Below are positions 62,889 to 64,000 of a DNA stretch of 64,000 nucleotides, in pieces (the first letter of the stretch is position 1; the number at the start of each line of letters is the position of its first letter). Position numbers and translations under genes: made by a program. The stretch is from NCBI GenBank assembly GCA_048268245.1, contig JBLWVX010000005.1, positions 56,003 through 120,002 of the forward strand, given 5' to 3'. The notes under the pieces are model-generated. The model was not told the origin of the DNA, searched no databases, and saw nothing but the letters and a program-made list of their open reading frames with translations. This DNA is from Arcobacteraceae bacterium (lineage in GTDB: Bacteria > Campylobacterota > Campylobacteria > Campylobacterales > Arcobacteraceae).

Positions 62889-62960
62889 ACCTAACTATTT
62901 ATTAATCATACATTATATGGAAAATAGCCTAAGAATCAACAATAAACATACATTAAAATG
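62889..62960 (-). mobile_element. Second attI-like site with no adjacent integrase; crossover G|TTAGGT
   Basis: 25/28 match to attI1; GTTAGGT is complementary to the cassette's R'' ACCTAAC. Confidence 0.75.
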
Positions 62961-63208
62961 TTATAAAAACGAGTTTTAATAACAAGTTCAACAAACTGTA
63001 GTTTTAAAATCATTGTTTCCATCGTTTTTTAGATAGTTTCTAAAAAAAGTATAATATACGTAGCTATCTTTATATGCTAATATTGTATTTTGAGATATTA
63101 TCGTTTAAAGATTACAATTATGTTTTACATGTAACAGCAGGGATAGTTTTACTTAATATATTTTTATTATTTGGGTAAAATATTTATCAATTCAATTTAG
63201 GAAATATT

Positions 63209-63421
63209 ATGCCAATCATAAACGTAAAAATGACCCATGAAGATGGAGGTGCTACAAAAGAGCAAAAAGAAGAGTTATCAAAAAAACTAACAGATGCTTT
63301 TGTAGAAGTTTTTGGAAGAGGTGAAAAAACTTGTGTAGTAACTATTGATGAAATTTCAACTGACAACTATGCAATAGGTGGAAAGACTATTTCAAATATT
63401 AGAAAAGAACAAGCAGATTAA
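63209..63421 (+). CDS. 4-oxalocrotonate tautomerase family protein
   Basis: Catalytic Pro1 (MPIINVK), EQK.EL, GG. Confidence 0.9.
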   Translation: MPIINVKMTHEDGGATKEQKEELSKKLTDAFVEVFGRGEKTCVVTIDEISTDNYAIGGKTISNIRKEQAD

Positions 63422-64000
63422 ACTGCTTGATTCTTTTCTTTCTTAATATGTAAATCAAGTTGAGGAAATGGTATTTCTATATCATGTTTATATAGAGCAT
63501 TGTAAATAAGGATTAAGAAATCAGACTTTAAAGAGTTTGGTTGAATTTTATCATTTGCTTTTATCCAAACTAAAAGCTCTAAATCAACGCTACTTGTATT
63601 CATATTTTCAAGTCTTATTTCAGGCTTTTTATCTTCATTGTCTTTTACATATTTTAAATCACTATTTTTTAACTCTTCTAATACTACTTCTTTTACTTTT
63701 TCTATTTTTGTACCATAAGCAACACCAAAAGGTACATGAAGTCTTCTTGATGGGTCTTCTAGTGTCCAGTTGATTACATTGTTTTGAATAAAAGATGAGT
63801 TTGGAACTACAATATCAATATTATCAAAAGTTTTAATAGTAGTTGATCTTATTCTTATATCTGTAACTGTTCCTTTTAATAAATCATTTATTTCTATAAT
63901 ATCACCAATTCTAATAGTTCTTTCAAACATTAAAATCACACCAGCGATTAAGTTTGAAACAACTGTTTGTAAACCAAAACCAATACCAATAGATAATGCC
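63418..64000 (-). CDS. MscS-family mechanosensitive channel (C-terminal part)
   Basis: GIGFGLQ..N..AG, GDIIE, VPNS, GVAYG, IEIPFPQ. Confidence 0.9.
   Translation of the reverse strand, partial: ALSIGIGFGLQTVVSNLIAGVILMFERTIRIGDIIEINDLLKGTVTDIRIRSTTIKTFDNIDIVVPNSSFIQNNVINWTLEDPSRRLHVPFGVAYGTKIEKVKEVVLEELKNSDLKYVKDNEDKKPEIRLENMNTSSVDLELLVWIKANDKIQPNSLKSDFLILIYNALYKHDIEIPFPQLDLHIKKEKNQAV

Overview
AT-rich chromosomal window from a Campylobacterota bacterium, most likely Arcobacteraceae (inferred from gene content and style). It holds housekeeping genes (YgiQ-type radical SAM, adk, alr, uvrC, xth, tRNA-Pro), many signalling genes (GGDEF, HD-GYP, CheC, MCP, two-component systems), a lactate permease, two tandem ankyrin paralogues, and a complete urea uptake and urease locus (urtABCDE-ureD-ureAB-ureC-ureEFG) with an adjacent phosphorelay. 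The accessory part (45-63 kb) contains a complete integron: intI, attI and two cassettes whose core sites pair perfectly. About 16 kb away, on the opposite strand, is a second integrase-less platform with a near-copy of attI, a GhoS/DUF2622-like cassette, a truncated copy of the same attC and a second attC type followed by HD-GYP and VOC genes. Both arrays end in the same ~140-bp double-hairpin repeat. Other notable items are an SRAP protein with Pro in place of the catalytic N-terminal Cys, a self-promoted cassette with a structured leader and a 49-aa ORF, and several deletion-collapsed pseudogenes. Family assignments come from recognised motifs, not database searches.
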